Part shown: positions 63,456-64,000 of the stretch, piece by piece | Position numbering within the stretch: the first letter of the stretch is position 1 | How the letters are laid out: the number at the start of each line of letters is the position of its first letter | Source: Psammoneis japonica | Taxonomy: Eukaryota | Assembly (NCBI GenBank): GCA_008632985.1 | Contig: QPGO01000102.1 | Span: forward strand, 62,001-126,000 | Reading direction: 5' to 3' | DNA length: 64,000 bases | The notes under the pieces: model-generated | What the model saw: only the letters and a program-made list of their open reading frames with translations | Told to the model about the DNA's origin: nothing | Database searches by the model: none | Translations under genes and position numbers: made by a program

Positions 63456-64000
63456 AATGGTCTCTTCCTCTAGAGAAAGGGGGATCGAATTGTTGTTCTT
63501 GCCCACTGCAGCACTCTTCAGGTGGAGAGACATGCAAAAGAACTCGTCGTTTGAGTTTGTCCTGCTGGAGATGCAGTGGCACTTGGTGGGGTTAAAAATG
63601 ATGACATCACCAAGCCGGAGTGCAACGGAGATGCCTTCGGTGGGGAAGCAGAAGCATGCCACAATCCCGTCATTCATGGTGCAGCTGCCGGACGGAGGGA
63701 CTCCCACCACGGTGACTGCTGACAGGAAGAAGTCCTGGTCCCAATGGGCATTGAGGAAGACATTGCGCCCAGCCGCCAGAGAGGAGAAAATGCCATCTGA
63801 CCGCACCAGGGATTTCCAGTTGTGAAACTTTTTGACACGAGCGACACCCTCAAGGATGGCACAGTCCACGTGCTCATTGACAAGGTGCTCCATGCGTGAA
63901 AGAAGTCTGGTGAGGTGGTGAGTGTGTTGGTCGGCCATGCCAGGCTGCTTGCAAGAAATTGGAGTGTCCCTCGTGGCAGCCAGGCCAATCGTGGAACACT
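63441..64000 (-). pseudogene. TET/JBP-like 2OG-Fe(II) dioxygenase, Tyr-depleted by hypermutation (5' end outside window)
   Basis: FSSLAAGRNVFLNAHWDQDFFLSAVTVV...FCFPTEGISVALRLGDVIIFNPTKCHCISSR...CMSLHLKSAAVG: HxD...H double-stranded beta-helix pattern. Frame is open to the window end; no Tyr in about 185 aa. Confidence 0.6.

Larger units (their letters stand above)
61600..64000. mobile_element. Candidate transposon-like element (island 6) with convergent SET-domain and TET/JBP-like genes; continues beyond the window
   Basis: TpA-depleted and GC-richer than flanking DNA; cargo type resembles chromatin-modifier-carrying transposons. No transposase or terminal repeat is visible in the window. 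Confidence 0.45.

Noticed and set aside
1..64000. CRISPR arrays, rRNA, tRNA, intact transposase or reverse transcriptase
   Set aside because: None recognised by eye; short RNA genes could be missed without a covariance-model search.

Overview
Eukaryotic DNA, most likely from a pennate diatom (inferred from short 80-110 bp GT-AG introns, 'NDVLLGRG' DUF6824-type domains, a cAMP-receptor-like GPCR and a diatom-type bZIP). Host genes include a secreted Calx-beta/LamG/beta-propeller protein, a 2OG-Fe(II) oxygenase, a ~11.5 kb repeat-rich TBC/RabGAP gene, DUF1772, a GPCR, an RRM-like protein, a pyruvate:NADP+ oxidoreductase (PFOR-flavodoxin-CPR fusion), a DUF6824/CRAL-TRIO gene, a surface protein, OGG1, an LRR protein, NAD(P)HX epimerase and an ankyrin-TIR protein. 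Many genes carry isolated 1-bp frameshifts, mostly at short homopolymers, which are best explained as assembly errors. The outstanding feature is six sharply bounded islands (about 14 kb in total) in which TpA is almost absent. One island is a paralog of an intact neighbouring gene and shows directional TpA->TpG/CpA (Tyr->Cys/His) and CpG->TpG/CpA changes. This points to a targeted hypermutation process whose signature is opposite to fungal RIP. The last island carries a decaying SET-domain gene and a TET/JBP-like dioxygenase. All dinucleotide counts are manual reads and need computational confirmation.
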